Below, piece by piece: positions 19,782 through 30,845 of a stretch of 64,000 nt of DNA. A model generated the notes under the pieces. The model was not told the DNA's origin. It saw only the letters and a list, made by a program, of their open reading frames with translations, and did no database searches. The stretch lies in contig JACQXK010000032.1 in assembly GCA_016208765.1 (NCBI GenBank), positions 54,385 through 118,384 on the forward strand, written 5' to 3'. The position numbers and the translations under genes are program-made. This stretch comes from Candidatus Omnitrophota bacterium. Lineage in GTDB: Bacteria > Omnitrophota > Gorgyraeia > Gygaellales > Profunditerraquicolaceae. Within the stretch, counting starts at the first letter, position 1. Each line of letters opens with the position of its first letter.

Positions 19782-22741
19782 GCTAAAGGATCCCTCCATG
19801 CCTTTTTTAATACACCGATACCTGCTGATATGCAAATCTTTCCATCAAGCCCGTAAACCCTGAATTCCTTTTTCTCTGATATGCAACCTGCCAATCCAAA
19901 GGAAATACCTTTTAGAATATTTTCAAATTTATTCTGATCCTTTTTTTCCACCTCCACAATAAACCGCGAGTTTGATTCCGAAAAAAGAATTACATCATTT
20001 CTTTGTTCTTCACTTTTAGATTTTTTGTTTTTAGTTTTGCGCTTTTCGCTTTGCGCTTCTACATATGGAATTGCACTAACAACCAACTCCATCCCCAGCC
20101 CGCCGGAAAATGCCATCTCTGCTGCTGCCACTGCAATACCGCCCTCTGAACAATCATGCATTGCCATGATTAATTTTAAATCCGAAGCCTTGCTTAAAGC
20201 ATTAAAAGTAGCAAGGGCTTTTTTTGCAAAAACCCTGGGGACATCATTACCCAAATACCCTGCCAAATCATAATAATGCGAACCGCCCAATTCCGGTAAA
20301 GTATTGCCCACAACATAAATTAAGTTTCCAGGCTTCTTTGCATACATAGACACAACTTTGTCCGTATCATCCATTACTGAAATAGCAGATATTAACAGAG
20401 TTCCTGGAATAGCAATAGAATGCCCATGCACTGCGTATTCATTATATAAACTGTCCTTACCGGAAATGAAAGGAACACCAAAGACCTTTGCAATATCATA
20501 ACATCCGTAAGCCGCACGCACCAAACTACCAAGCCTATCCGGCTTATCAGGATTTCCCCAGCAGAAATTATCTAAAATAGCAGTCTGCTTTAAAGAACCT
20601 CCCACTGCAACCACCTGCCGCAAGGCCTCATCAATCACCGAAGCAGACATCCAATAAGGATCAATCATTCCAAAACGAAAATTAATTCCATTAGAAACAA
20701 TAACGCCTTTTTTTGAACCTAAAAGCGGCTTGACTACGCTGGCATCAGACGGGCCATCATTAACAATCCCTGTTAATGGTTTTAAAACCGAGCCCCCTTG
20801 CACCTCATGGTCATACTGCCTGATCACCCATTCCTTAGAACAAATATCATAATGGCCCAATAAGCTAATCAGGCTTTTAGTTAAATCCTTAGGGCAATTT
20901 ATTTTCGGCTCACGATGGTTGTTTAAAACAAACATTGCTTTCTTTTCTATCTCGGGTATGCCGTCGTGCAGGAATTTCATACCCAAATCACAAACGAGAT
21001 TACCTTTATAATAAAGCTGAAGTTTCTCTGTATTGGTAAACTCGCCGATTACACTCGCCTCAACATTTTCAGCCGCAAAAACAGCCAATAGTTCCTCAGC
21101 CTTGTCAGGGCTGACTGAAATAACCATTCTCTCCTGTGATTCAGAGATCCAGATTTCCATATAAGAAAGCCCCGAATATTTTAAAGGGACTTTTTCCAAA
21201 TCAACTCTTACTCCCAGCTCAGCGCCCATCTCTCCAACTGCGCTTGATAATCCACCTGCGCCGCAATCAGTAATTGCAGTGTAAAGATTCTTATCGCGCG
21301 CCTGCAAGATCGTATCTACCATCTTCTTTTCCTGAATCGGATTTCCGATCTGCACTGCCCCGCTTGAAATCACTTCTGATTCATGGGTCAGTTCTCCTGA
21401 AGAAAATGTCGCTCCATGGATGCCGTCTCTGCCGGTCCTGCCGCCGACAACCACAACCAAATCTCCCGGATTGGTCTTCTTAAATGATTTATCTTTGGGC
21501 ATAATCCCGGCGGTGCCGCAATAAACAAGCGGATTACCCACAAAACCTTCATGAAAAAGTATTGCACCGTTTATTGTAGGAATGCCCATTTTATTGCCAT
21601 AATCACGAACGCCGCTGACTACACCCTTCATTACCCTTTTTGGATGAAGACTTCCCTGAGGAACTTTGCTAAACGCCGTGTCCGGAGAAGCAAAACAAAA
21701 TACGTCGGTATTAAGAATAGGCTTTGCGCCTAAGCCTGTTCCCAAAGGATCTCGGATCACTCCACCCACACCGGTATTTGCCCCGCCGAACGGCTCAAGC
21801 GCCGACGGGTGATTGTGCGTCTCAACCTTAAAACAAACATTATGTTTTTCGTCAAAACGAATTACACCGGAGTTATCCTTAAATACAGATACACACCAAG
21901 GTTTATTTAATTCCCTGGTAACTTTCATAATTGTTGATTTTAACAGATTATCAATTTTCCTGATCTTTCTATTCTCTGTATTCTTTTCTCTGTATTCTAT
22001 CTTCCCTCTGAATGTCTTATGATAGCAATGTTCCGACCACGTCTGGGCAATAGTTTCCAACTCGCAATCTGTGGGATTACGGCCTAATACCTTAAAATAT
22101 TTCTTTATCTGGCGCATTTCATTTAAATTTAAGAATAGCTGCCCTTGCTTACTAATATGCATCAACTTATTATCGCTGGCATTCAATAAATCAACATTGA
22201 TTAACTTAAACGCATAACTAATCTCCGCCTTATCTGGTGACAGGTGACAGGTAACAGGCGACAGGCGACCGGTGACAGGCGACACAAGATGCTGAATTAA
22301 TTTATTATAAAGTAATTTTTCAGAGATTGTTTTAAGCTGGGCTTCGGTAAGCTTTCCTTTAATCAGATATTTTTTTGAGGTTTTTACTGAAGTTATGCCG
22401 TTAATTCCCAAATCCATGATGCCTTTTAAAGCCGAATCCTCAACAGGATCCATTACTCCGGGATTATGAGCAACTTCAATAGTGAATTCGTCCCCGGTCG
22501 CCTGCCTGCGGCCGCCGGTTAATGCATTAACAGAAAAGTCCTGGGAAATCTTATCGGTGAGTAGTTCTTCGCAAATAGTTTTAAGTTCTTCTTCAGAAAC
22601 ATACCCCTCTAAAATATAAACCTGGGCAAAATGCACGCCGGAAACAGAATCAATTCCGAAATCAGAAATATCCCTCTTAATGCCGTCACCAACAGCATCA
22701 AAGATTCCCGGCTTATCTTTAACTTCAATTTTATAAAACAT
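19775..22741 (-). CDS. purL: PurS-PurS-PurL fusion: FGAM synthase large subunit with two N-terminal PurS-like domains, both carrying repeat-encoded inserts
   Basis: 988 aa. The first ~240 aa contain two PurS-like domains, followed by a canonical PurL (AIR-synthase-related duplicated domains). Repeat-encoded inserts: LTGGRRQATGDEF and LVSPVTGRLSPVTCHLSP. Confidence 0.85.
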   Translation of the reverse strand: MFYKIEVKDKPGIFDAVGDGIKRDISDFGIDSVSGVHFAQVYILEGYVSEEELKTICEELLTDKISQDFSVNALTGGRRQATGDEFTIEVAHNPGVMDPVEDSALKGIMDLGINGITSVKTSKKYLIKGKLTEAQLKTISEKLLYNKLIQHLVSPVTGRLSPVTCHLSPDKAEISYAFKLINVDLLNASDNKLMHISKQGQLFLNLNEMRQIKKYFKVLGRNPTDCELETIAQTWSEHCYHKTFRGKIEYREKNTENRKIRKIDNLLKSTIMKVTRELNKPWCVSVFKDNSGVIRFDEKHNVCFKVETHNHPSALEPFGGANTGVGGVIRDPLGTGLGAKPILNTDVFCFASPDTAFSKVPQGSLHPKRVMKGVVSGVRDYGNKMGIPTINGAILFHEGFVGNPLVYCGTAGIMPKDKSFKKTNPGDLVVVVGGRTGRDGIHGATFSSGELTHESEVISSGAVQIGNPIQEKKMVDTILQARDKNLYTAITDCGAGGLSSAVGEMGAELGVRVDLEKVPLKYSGLSYMEIWISESQERMVISVSPDKAEELLAVFAAENVEASVIGEFTNTEKLQLYYKGNLVCDLGMKFLHDGIPEIEKKAMFVLNNHREPKINCPKDLTKSLISLLGHYDICSKEWVIRQYDHEVQGGSVLKPLTGIVNDGPSDASVVKPLLGSKKGVIVSNGINFRFGMIDPYWMSASVIDEALRQVVAVGGSLKQTAILDNFCWGNPDKPDRLGSLVRAAYGCYDIAKVFGVPFISGKDSLYNEYAVHGHSIAIPGTLLISAISVMDDTDKVVSMYAKKPGNLIYVVGNTLPELGGSHYYDLAGYLGNDVPRVFAKKALATFNALSKASDLKLIMAMHDCSEGGIAVAAAEMAFSGGLGMELVVSAIPYVEAQSEKRKTKNKKSKSEEQRNDVILFSESNSRFIVEVEKKDQNKFENILKGISFGLAGCISEKKEFRVYGLDGKICISAGIGVLKKAWRDPLAW
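22236..22285. repeat. Heptanucleotide tandem repeat (GACAGGY)n, ~7 units, in frame inside the second PurS-like domain of purL
   Basis: Plus strand: ggtgacaggtgacaggtaacaggcgacaggcgaccggtgacaggcgacac. Confidence 0.8.
22492..22520. repeat. Short, degenerate copy of the same GC-rich heptamer repeat inside the first PurS-like domain of purL
   Basis: Plus strand: ccccggtcgcctgcctgcggccgccggtt, encoding RRQATGD. Confidence 0.55.
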
Positions 22742-22768
22742 GATGTTTATTTAGAAATTGTGGCAGGT

Positions 22769-24061
22769 TTACAATCCAACTCTGCGAAAAATCTTATCCA
22801 CATTACGCAGGTAATAATTTAAATTAAAAATAGCGTCTAATTCTTTTCTGTCAAACCAACGCGCCGCATCTACGTCGGAAAGCAGGTTTTTCTTAAAATC
22901 AGTGCCTTCCTTCCAGGTTTTCATCGCGCATCTTTGCACAATATCATAAGCCTTCATCCGTTCCAGGCCCTTATCCATCAGCGATAGCAACACGCGTTGC
23001 GAAAAAATCAGGCCATGAGTCTTGACTAAATTGGCCATCATATTTTGCGGATAAACCTGCAAGCCTTCTATCACTTGAATAAATTTATAAAGCATATAAT
23101 CTAAGGCAAGCGTTGAATCCGGGATAATCACCCGCTCAGCCGATGAGTGGCTGATATCGCGTTCATGCCACAAGGAAACATTTTCAAGCCCTACTACGGC
23201 ATTGCCCCGTAAAAGCCGGGCTAAACCGCAAATTCGCTCGCAGATTACAGGATTACGTTTATGCGGCATGGCAGAAGAACCCTTCTGGCCCTTGCCAAAT
23301 GGCTCCTCAACCTCCAAAACTTCCGTTCTCTGCAAATGCCTGATTTCTGTAGCAAACTTTTCCAAACTCGTGCCGATAATAGCAAGCTGGCACAGGAAAA
23401 AAGCATAAATATCCCGCGAAATTATCTGGGTAGAAATTTTTGCCGGCTTGAGGCCGAGTTTTCTGCAGATATAATTCTCCACATCCGGATCAACATTGGC
23501 AAAAGTACCTACTGCCCCTGAGATCTTCCCAACCGACACTTCCTGCTGAGCTGATTTTAACCGCGACAAATCACGCTTTAACTCATCGTACCAAAGCGCC
23601 AATTTCAGGCCGAATGTCGTCGGCTCTGCGTGTACGCCATGGGTGCGGCCGATACAAACAGTATCCTTATATTTACGCGCTTGTTTTGCCAAAACCTTCA
23701 ATAACTTCTCAAGCTTTAAAACCAAAATATTAGAAACCTGCTTGAGCTGCACTCCTAAAGTAGTATCCAAGCAATCTGAAGATGTCAGCCCCAAATGCAG
23801 ATACTTTGCATCCGGCCCAATATATTGGGACACATTGCTGACAAATGCCACTATATCGTGTTGTGTTTTTTCCTCAATTTTCTTAATTTGTGAAATGTTA
23901 AATTTGGCTTTCTTTTTAATTCTTTTAACTGCAGCAGGCGGGACTATATGCTTTTTGCTAAGGGCTTCCAATGCCAGGATCTCAATATCAAGCATTGTTT
24001 TAAATTTAAACTCATCCTGCCAGATTTTTAACATCTCAGGCCGGCTATAACGCTCAATCAT
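22769..24061 (-). CDS. purB: Adenylosuccinate lyase
   Basis: Fumarate-lyase signature (GSSAMPHKRNP) in a PurB-length protein. Confidence 0.9.
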   Translation of the reverse strand: MIERYSRPEMLKIWQDEFKFKTMLDIEILALEALSKKHIVPPAAVKRIKKKAKFNISQIKKIEEKTQHDIVAFVSNVSQYIGPDAKYLHLGLTSSDCLDTTLGVQLKQVSNILVLKLEKLLKVLAKQARKYKDTVCIGRTHGVHAEPTTFGLKLALWYDELKRDLSRLKSAQQEVSVGKISGAVGTFANVDPDVENYICRKLGLKPAKISTQIISRDIYAFFLCQLAIIGTSLEKFATEIRHLQRTEVLEVEEPFGKGQKGSSAMPHKRNPVICERICGLARLLRGNAVVGLENVSLWHERDISHSSAERVIIPDSTLALDYMLYKFIQVIEGLQVYPQNMMANLVKTHGLIFSQRVLLSLMDKGLERMKAYDIVQRCAMKTWKEGTDFKKNLLSDVDAARWFDRKELDAIFNLNYYLRNVDKIFRRVGL

Positions 24062-24146
24062 AATGCTTCTCCTCCAGGTATTATTATATTGTTCAGAGAA
24101 GATATTATAACAGAATGGTTAAAACTTAGCAAACAAAAAAGGAAGG

Positions 24147-27100
24147 TTATTGTTTATACGGAAGGCAAAAACTAAACTTTGAACCTTTTCCATATTCTGA
24201 CTCAACCCAAATCTTTCCTCCGTGTTGCTCAATGATCCTCTTACAAACTACAAGGCCAAGGCCGCTTCCACTTACAACCTTAAATTCTTTATGTTCAATA
24301 CGCGAAAAAAGGTTAAATATTTTATCCAAATCTTCTTTTTTGATTCCCCTGCCAGTATCTTCAATGCTCACGCAAACTTTATTCTGCGATTTATAAGAAG
24401 TAACCGAAATGGCCCCTGAATCGGTATATTTCAAGGCATTGGTAATAAGATTGATTAGCGCCTGAGCAATTCTTTCTTTATCAATGGCTACCATAGGCAA
24501 AGCTTTGCCTAAATGCGCCTTAAACTTTAGGCCTTTTTTCTTCACCAAAGAAGACATCCTCTGCAAAACATCTTCAATTAAAATATTAATATTCTGCCGA
24601 ACAAGAACCAAATTGCTTAAGGCATAATTAAAGCGCTGGAACTCCAAGACATCGCGCGTAATCCGGCCCAAACGGTCAATTTCATTCTTAGTTTTTTCCA
24701 ATAACCCCTTTTGCTTCTCATTCACCGGCCCTACTATCCCTTCTGACACAAGGTTCACCCCCTCCTTAATTGTAGCAAGAGGGGTCCCGAGCTCATGATA
24801 AGCAATGCTCAAGAATTCGTCTTTTAGCTCCTCGCGGTGTTTACGCTCGGAAATATCAGTAATATCCATAATGATGCTCTGCGGTTTTCCTTTTTCATCT
24901 TTTACAAGAGAGGCATCCATTAAAACAGATATCTTCTTTTTGTCTTTTGCAAAAGCATCCACTTCAAAATTCCTGACATAACCTTGTTCAAGGCACTCCA
25001 TTATTGCCTCAACAACTCTCTGACTGTCTTTCATTTCCACATAGTCTGTGATTGGCCTGCCGACAGCCTCATCGCCATAACCAAAATTAATGGTAAACGC
25101 CTTGTTAAATTGTTTTATCCTGCCCTGAATATCCAAAACTATAATCGCATCCGGATTTGAATCAATAATCTGCCTTGTCGCCGTAAGGCGCGTAAGCTCA
25201 ATTTCAGCAACTTTTCTGTCAGTAATATCCTTAACTACCCCGTCATAAGCAGCCAACTCTCCCTTGTCGTTTAAATGAAAAATCGCAACATTGCTGATCC
25301 ATCTTACTGTTTTATCTTTACGGATAATACGATGTTCAATAACTCCAGGATTCTCTCCTTTAAGTATCCGCTCGGACCAATTCAAAACTTTCTTCCTGTC
25401 TTCAGGATAAACCATGTCTATCCATAAAAAAGGATGCGAAGAAAGCTCCTCTTTGCTATATCCGGTGACCCCTAAGCAGCCATCTCTATATGTTGTCTGC
25501 CCGGGTTTTCCTCCTTCCATAGATACAGTATAAATGTAGTCGGTAATACTGCTCACAATGTTACCGTAGAATTCCTGCAATCTCCTATGTGTCTTTTCTT
25601 CCTCTAAACGCCGGGTAATATCTTCAACCATTTCAATTGCCATAACCACATTTCCCTGATTATCCTTTACAGGAGAAGAAATAATCCTGTAATTTGTTAT
25701 TTTACCTCCTGCAGGAGTTTCTGTAATTGTTTCATGCACAAGCCCGTCTTTAAGTGTTTGAAAAGTAGGGCAATAAACACAAATAGTATCTCTGGCAGGG
25801 TCATTAAAAACTTTGTAACAAATCTGATTCTTCATACTGCTTGCTTTCGGAAACCACTGTTTCATTTGCTTATTTAATGCGATTATCTCCATCTTTGGGC
25901 TGATCGCCGCAACTCCTATGCCGATATTATCTACAACTGCGCGATACTGTTCTTCAGATTTTCTGAGATTATCTTCTGTCGCTTTGTGTGCCTTAATCTC
26001 ATCCTGCAAATCCACATTTACTCTGGCTAATTCAGAAGTGCGTTTCTGCACGCGGATCTCCAGATCCTCCCGGGTGCGGTGCAAATCCTCCTCAATCTTC
26101 TTTCTATAGGTAATATCTTCGGCAAAACCAAAATAACCATTTACCCTTCCCTTCTGGTCTTTTCTTGAAATAACCACTAAATGCACAGGGATAAGATGCC
26201 CGTCTTTATGCCGAAATTTAAGCTCTCTGTCAAAAATGCCTTTTTTACCGGCAATATGCAGGACTTCTTCCGCATCCTCTTTCTTCTCGTGAACAAGGAC
26301 AGGAGCAGCCTTCCCTAGCATCTCCTCTGCCTTATATCCGAACCTTTCCTCAGAATATTTATTCCAAATGGTAAATTTTCCAGTTTCATCAATTGCCCCG
26401 ACGTGTAAGGGGATAAGTTCAACAAACAAACGCAGGCGTTCTTCGCTGTCTTTCAAGGTAAGCTCAGCCTGTTTGCGTTCTTTGTGTTGTATATCAATGG
26501 AAATTTGATCAGCGAGCTGACAGGCAAAGGCGATTTCATCCTCATGCCAATAATGAGGCTTATCAACATGTTCAAAACATAAAGCCCCGAGATTCCTGCC
26601 GCCGGCGCGAATTGCAGCGTCAAGCATTGAGGTAACATGAAACGGCTTGAGATAATTATCCACATACCCGGATGTCCGCGGATCAGTCAAAGGGTCATGC
26701 GCATCCACATACTTAGATGTTTTTAACGCATTGAACTCATTTTCAAATTCATGTTTCTTCATTACTAAACCTGAGGAGTGCCTTTTTAAAGAGGCCTCAA
26801 ACAGATCAACGCACCTTAATTCAGATCCTTCGCTGTCAAATAACCACGCCCCAACCCGTTCCACTCCGGAAGCTTTAGCAGCCAACTCCGTAAGCTGCTT
26901 GATAAATCCATCCACTTGCGCTTCTTCCAAGAAGCTTGAAATAGCAATCTTTGCCACAGCTTCCCTCTGAATCCGTACTCTTTCTACAGTAGTTTTTAAT
27001 TCATTCTCTGCGAGCCTACGTTCGGTAACATCCCGGAAACTTCCCACGATGCATTCTCTTGCATCAAGCTTAAGCAAAAAAGAATTGATATCCGCAAAAA

Positions 27101-27464
27101 ATATGCTGCCATCTTTCTTAAGCACGGGGATGTCTGTTGCAAGAAAATATTTCCTTTTTACCAAATCATCAAAAACATCAAAGATCTTCGGCAAATCTTT
27201 CTTTTGATGCACGCTACTTACACTTAAAGAGCGAATTTCACAATCATCATATCCGAGCATTTTACAAAATACGTGATTGGCAAAATAAAATCTTCTGGTA
27301 ACGCTATCTGCCACAACAATACCGTCGGTAGAATTGTCAAAAATTGCCTTAAATATCTTTAAGGCCTGCTGTGGATCAGAGAACATACAACCCAAATCCT
27401 TAATAGGACTTTTATTATTCTTTTGCCCATTCATTGAAGCGCTCCCAAAAAAACAAAAAAACAA
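24147..27464 (-). CDS. Multi-sensor (PAS/GAF/PAS x3) histidine kinase with no receiver domain
   Basis: 1105 aa. C-terminal HisKA ([14 protein letters not shown]) and HATPase_c ([13 protein letters not shown]). Several PAS-like and one GAF-like segment. The start may instead be the internal MNGQ at 27434. Confidence 0.8.
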   Translation of the reverse strand: MFFCFFGSASMNGQKNNKSPIKDLGCMFSDPQQALKIFKAIFDNSTDGIVVADSVTRRFYFANHVFCKMLGYDDCEIRSLSVSSVHQKKDLPKIFDVFDDLVKRKYFLATDIPVLKKDGSIFFADINSFLLKLDARECIVGSFRDVTERRLAENELKTTVERVRIQREAVAKIAISSFLEEAQVDGFIKQLTELAAKASGVERVGAWLFDSEGSELRCVDLFEASLKRHSSGLVMKKHEFENEFNALKTSKYVDAHDPLTDPRTSGYVDNYLKPFHVTSMLDAAIRAGGRNLGALCFEHVDKPHYWHEDEIAFACQLADQISIDIQHKERKQAELTLKDSEERLRLFVELIPLHVGAIDETGKFTIWNKYSEERFGYKAEEMLGKAAPVLVHEKKEDAEEVLHIAGKKGIFDRELKFRHKDGHLIPVHLVVISRKDQKGRVNGYFGFAEDITYRKKIEEDLHRTREDLEIRVQKRTSELARVNVDLQDEIKAHKATEDNLRKSEEQYRAVVDNIGIGVAAISPKMEIIALNKQMKQWFPKASSMKNQICYKVFNDPARDTICVYCPTFQTLKDGLVHETITETPAGGKITNYRIISSPVKDNQGNVVMAIEMVEDITRRLEEEKTHRRLQEFYGNIVSSITDYIYTVSMEGGKPGQTTYRDGCLGVTGYSKEELSSHPFLWIDMVYPEDRKKVLNWSERILKGENPGVIEHRIIRKDKTVRWISNVAIFHLNDKGELAAYDGVVKDITDRKVAEIELTRLTATRQIIDSNPDAIIVLDIQGRIKQFNKAFTINFGYGDEAVGRPITDYVEMKDSQRVVEAIMECLEQGYVRNFEVDAFAKDKKKISVLMDASLVKDEKGKPQSIIMDITDISERKHREELKDEFLSIAYHELGTPLATIKEGVNLVSEGIVGPVNEKQKGLLEKTKNEIDRLGRITRDVLEFQRFNYALSNLVLVRQNINILIEDVLQRMSSLVKKKGLKFKAHLGKALPMVAIDKERIAQALINLITNALKYTDSGAISVTSYKSQNKVCVSIEDTGRGIKKEDLDKIFNLFSRIEHKEFKVVSGSGLGLVVCKRIIEQHGGKIWVESEYGKGSKFSFCLPYKQ

Positions 27465-27564
27465 CCCCCTTTATTCAAGAAGATTGTTTTAAAAGCTTTA
27501 TAATAATCTGTATTCATCTGCCCACGGCTATTGTAGCCCTATCTTAGGCGAATGCAATAGCTTT

Positions 27565-30264
27565 TTAAGCTAATTCTATTTTAATTTTATGAATTTTATT
27601 AGCAGGCAGGTTTAAAATAAACGACCTCTTAATAACCATTGAATTTTTGCTTTGAAGGCAAAGGCAGGAAGAATTAAGCCTCGCGCTTACAATGTTGTTT
27701 TCACAGTGCACTGTTTTTCTCTTAAGATAAAACTCAATTATTAAATGCCTTCCGGCAAAATTGCGTTGAATGCTGATCGTTGATGAATGCTTAAAATTAT
27801 CATTGCATAACTTAGGCTCAATAAGAAGATCTCCGCCGCTGCCTTTTATTCCAAAAACCTCAGTTAGAAGTGTCAGCACAAACCAACTGGCTGAACCGGT
27901 TAAATATGCATACATTCCCCGGCCATCATTATTGAAATACTCAGGAAGGACAGGATAAATCTTGCTTTTTTCTGTATCTAAAGCCATTTTAAAAATAGAG
28001 CTTAGCGCCTTCCAGCCGTCTTCTTTAAAACCGGCTTTATATAAAGCATTGGCAAACATCACCACCATATGGCTGAAAATTGCGCCATTTTCTTTTTCTC
28101 CGTAAACAAATGAAAACGCGCGGCCCAAAGCATACTGTTCTTGCTTAAAGTCTGTATTTAAGTGATACCCGCTTAATTTCTTATCTAAAAGATATTCATT
28201 TACGCTGGCAATAACAGAACGAGCTTGCTCTTTAGTGGCTACACCGCTCATAACCGGGAAAACCTGCCCGGTAAGAGTCATTTTAATTAAATTACCCGAC
28301 TTGCCTTCAAGGCGCTTCTTGCGATTATCATAATATCCGTTAAAAAACCCCTCCTTAAGCCACTCTTTGTTTCTGATATGCTGTATCATCCAGCCGGCTT
28401 TTTGGCGTAAATTATTTGCCAGCACTTGCGCAGGCAATTTTATTTTCTTACCGGAAACACATTTTTGCGTGCGTAAAAAATATTGATCTAAGATTTTCAA
28501 TTTTTTAGGAATGTTAGCGTAATCCGGCTCTTCTAAAAGCAGTTTAAGTTCCTCGGCAATCTCAACTTCCCCGCTCTTTAACTTAAGTACCAACTCAGCA
28601 AGGCGCATAAGGTTATATGCATACATACAACTAAAAGCAACGCTCTCTCCATGCTCCTTGGCCATATCCAGGCCGTCATTCCAATCAGCGCCCTCAAGCC
28701 GCACATGATTATGTGTTCCCACATTAAAAAACTGAACAAGGTTTTCCACCAACAAATGTTCCAAAACAGTACCTTGATATATTTTTCCGGAAGCAGTTTT
28801 TAATTTCTGCCCACATGCCTTAGCCCATTGATAATCAATGCTACGGCAGCGGTTTATCTCATGGTTGCGAAAATAAGAAATTTCTTTTAATAAAATATCC
28901 GAGTCTCCGGTTTCATTCATATATAAATCAAGGGTTAAAAGCGGCCAAACCCCGTGATCCATCCAGACGCGGCTAATATTATTGCGGTCAGAAATAAATT
29001 CCCCCGGATTTTTACCGATAATCGTCGCGTTTGAACCGTCAATGCGCACGCCTGAGAAATTATTCAATAAAATCTGGCGCACCTGCTGCGGATTATTTAG
29101 AATAAGACTAAGGCAATCCTGCCACAGGTCCCTCCAGCCGCGTCCGCCTTTACCATAATCAAAATCAGGTAAAAACGAGCACCCGAATATTTTACGTAAA
29201 ACCGGCTGAATATTTACCCAGCTAAACCAATTATCAAAATCAGATTCTCCAGTAGAAATATTTATCCGCTTGCTAACTTCCAGCCAATGAGCCTTAGTTT
29301 TAGCAAAGGCTTTCTCTATTTTCTTAACACTGTTAAATTCCTGAATAATCTTTTTTATTTCCTGGGGGTTTTCTATTATCCCCATTATCAAAATATAGGT
29401 ATGTGATTTGTCCCGGCCAAGTTCTGCGGGCTTAAAACGCAACCCAGCCATTGCTTCCTTACCCTGAATCAGAGAATCATCCGGAAGGAGATTTTCATAA
29501 ACGCTCTGCGGCGCTTCAAGGTCACCTGCATCACCACAAAACATCTCCTGAGTCGGATAAATATAGCGCGGCCAAGAAGATTTCTCATCACACCCCAAAA
29601 CAAAATATATCTTTTTGTTCGGCTGATGCCCTGACTCATCAAAACAAAGCGTGGGCTTGACAATAACCCCGTATTTATCAATGGCAATTCGCTGTAACAA
29701 GGAAGTAACATGACGATGATCACGGATGCTATTTGCCCCGCGCGCGTACAAAGGGATAGCAGATGTAGGAATAATTTTTATTCTCCTGGAAGAAATATTT
29801 GTAATTTTCACCTGCATCAGCTCTACAGGAGCATTACCGGCAGGCACAAAAGAAAGGATTTCAGATTTAAGGCCGACTTTTTTATTTTCACGGGTGATTT
29901 TCTGCCAAAGCAACCCTGCCTCCAGAGAAAATTTATCCTCTTTGGAATGTGATAAATCCTTAGAAACCCCGCAAGCTGACCAAATCTTGTGTTTATCAAT
30001 ATAAACCCAGAAATTACGGCTTGCTTTAGAAGTACTCAGGTCAATACGGGAAACAGGACTAAGTAAAAAAGCATTTTGCCCGGCCTTGATGTCTCCGTTT
30101 AAATTCGGAGTAATTGCCGACAGCAAAACATCATTTGCAAGCGGCAAATACAATGATTTCATCTTATCCGCCACACCGGAACGAAACGTTCCGCAGCTAT
30201 CTGTAAACTCCCAAAGTTTATTTTTCATGGACTTTAAATTAACACACCGGATTATCTTTTGCAA
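27565..30264 (-). CDS. GH94-like glycoside (beta-glucan/cellobiose-type) phosphorylase family protein
   Basis: ~890 aa with RD..QD (GWRDLWQD) and DWNDGLD motifs characteristic of GH94/GT36 phosphorylases. The annotated start is TTG; an ATG alternative (MKNKLWEF) lies at 30228. Confidence 0.5.
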   Translation of the reverse strand: MQKIIRCVNLKSMKNKLWEFTDSCGTFRSGVADKMKSLYLPLANDVLLSAITPNLNGDIKAGQNAFLLSPVSRIDLSTSKASRNFWVYIDKHKIWSACGVSKDLSHSKEDKFSLEAGLLWQKITRENKKVGLKSEILSFVPAGNAPVELMQVKITNISSRRIKIIPTSAIPLYARGANSIRDHRHVTSLLQRIAIDKYGVIVKPTLCFDESGHQPNKKIYFVLGCDEKSSWPRYIYPTQEMFCGDAGDLEAPQSVYENLLPDDSLIQGKEAMAGLRFKPAELGRDKSHTYILIMGIIENPQEIKKIIQEFNSVKKIEKAFAKTKAHWLEVSKRINISTGESDFDNWFSWVNIQPVLRKIFGCSFLPDFDYGKGGRGWRDLWQDCLSLILNNPQQVRQILLNNFSGVRIDGSNATIIGKNPGEFISDRNNISRVWMDHGVWPLLTLDLYMNETGDSDILLKEISYFRNHEINRCRSIDYQWAKACGQKLKTASGKIYQGTVLEHLLVENLVQFFNVGTHNHVRLEGADWNDGLDMAKEHGESVAFSCMYAYNLMRLAELVLKLKSGEVEIAEELKLLLEEPDYANIPKKLKILDQYFLRTQKCVSGKKIKLPAQVLANNLRQKAGWMIQHIRNKEWLKEGFFNGYYDNRKKRLEGKSGNLIKMTLTGQVFPVMSGVATKEQARSVIASVNEYLLDKKLSGYHLNTDFKQEQYALGRAFSFVYGEKENGAIFSHMVVMFANALYKAGFKEDGWKALSSIFKMALDTEKSKIYPVLPEYFNNDGRGMYAYLTGSASWFVLTLLTEVFGIKGSGGDLLIEPKLCNDNFKHSSTISIQRNFAGRHLIIEFYLKRKTVHCENNIVSARLNSSCLCLQSKNSMVIKRSFILNLPANKIHKIKIELA

Positions 30265-30407
30265 GCAAGAATTTGCTTTTCAAAATATTGATATATGCTA
30301 TATTGAATCTCCTTATATTAAAATCCGGAGATTCATCCTTTTTCGGGAAATCTCCGTTCATCCCCGATATAGAAAACCGGGGATTTCCCATCGGAGGATA
30401 CCAAGCA

Positions 30408-30646
30408 TGAAACTTGAAAATATCATTTACAAAAAAGAATTTCGGGGAAATGTGACAAAAGACGGGAAAACTTACAGAAAATACAAAAAAGTCCCGCGCT
30501 TTAAATCTATCAGGAAAATCCTATTTATATTGCTGGCAGTAGAGATAGTTTTTATCATTATCGCAGCAATCATTATACTCCATCCAACACACAAAACAGC
30601 TAAAAACACACCAGAGAACCTTACCAGCGGTATAATAGAATACTAA
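30408..30646 (+). CDS. Small hypothetical membrane protein (one transmembrane helix)
   Basis: ATG preceded by GGAGG. A Lys/Arg-rich N-terminus, then a hydrophobic helix (ILFILLAVEIVFIIIAAIIIL). A terminator follows. Confidence 0.3.
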
Positions 30647-30670
30647 AGTTACAAGATAATCTTTATTAAT

Positions 30671-30707
30671 AAAAATGCCCGACGGAATATTCCATCGGGC
30701 ATTTTAT
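30671..30707. terminator. Bidirectional intrinsic terminator hairpin (gcccgacggaatattccatcgggc)
   Basis: 10-bp stem flanked by A-runs and T-runs on both sides. It lies between the convergent small ORF and tRNA-Met. Confidence 0.6.
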
Positions 30708-30714
30708 GATTAAA

Positions 30715-30788
30715 TTGCGGGGATGCGATTTGAACGCATGACCTCAAGGTTATGAGCCTTGCGAGCTACCAGGCTGCTCCACCCCGCG
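30715..30788 (-). tRNA. tRNA-Met (anticodon CAT), probably initiator-type (C1-A72 mismatch)
   Basis: Minus strand CGCGGGGTGGAGCAGCCTGGTAGCTCGCAAGGCTCATAACCTTGAGGTCATGCGTTCAAATCGCATCCCCGCAA forms a cloverleaf with a CAU anticodon. Confidence 0.8.
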
Positions 30789-30845
30789 AATGTCATTCAC
30801 TAACTCTGAGTAAAATATTATAGCAGAACCTGTAAATAACGCAAA

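Noticed and set aside
16131-22285. GC-rich direct repeats that at first glance resemble CRISPR repeats
   Set aside because: The unit is only 7 nt, perfectly tandem with no spacers, and lies inside intact ORFs. It is a microsatellite, not a CRISPR array. There are no cas genes.
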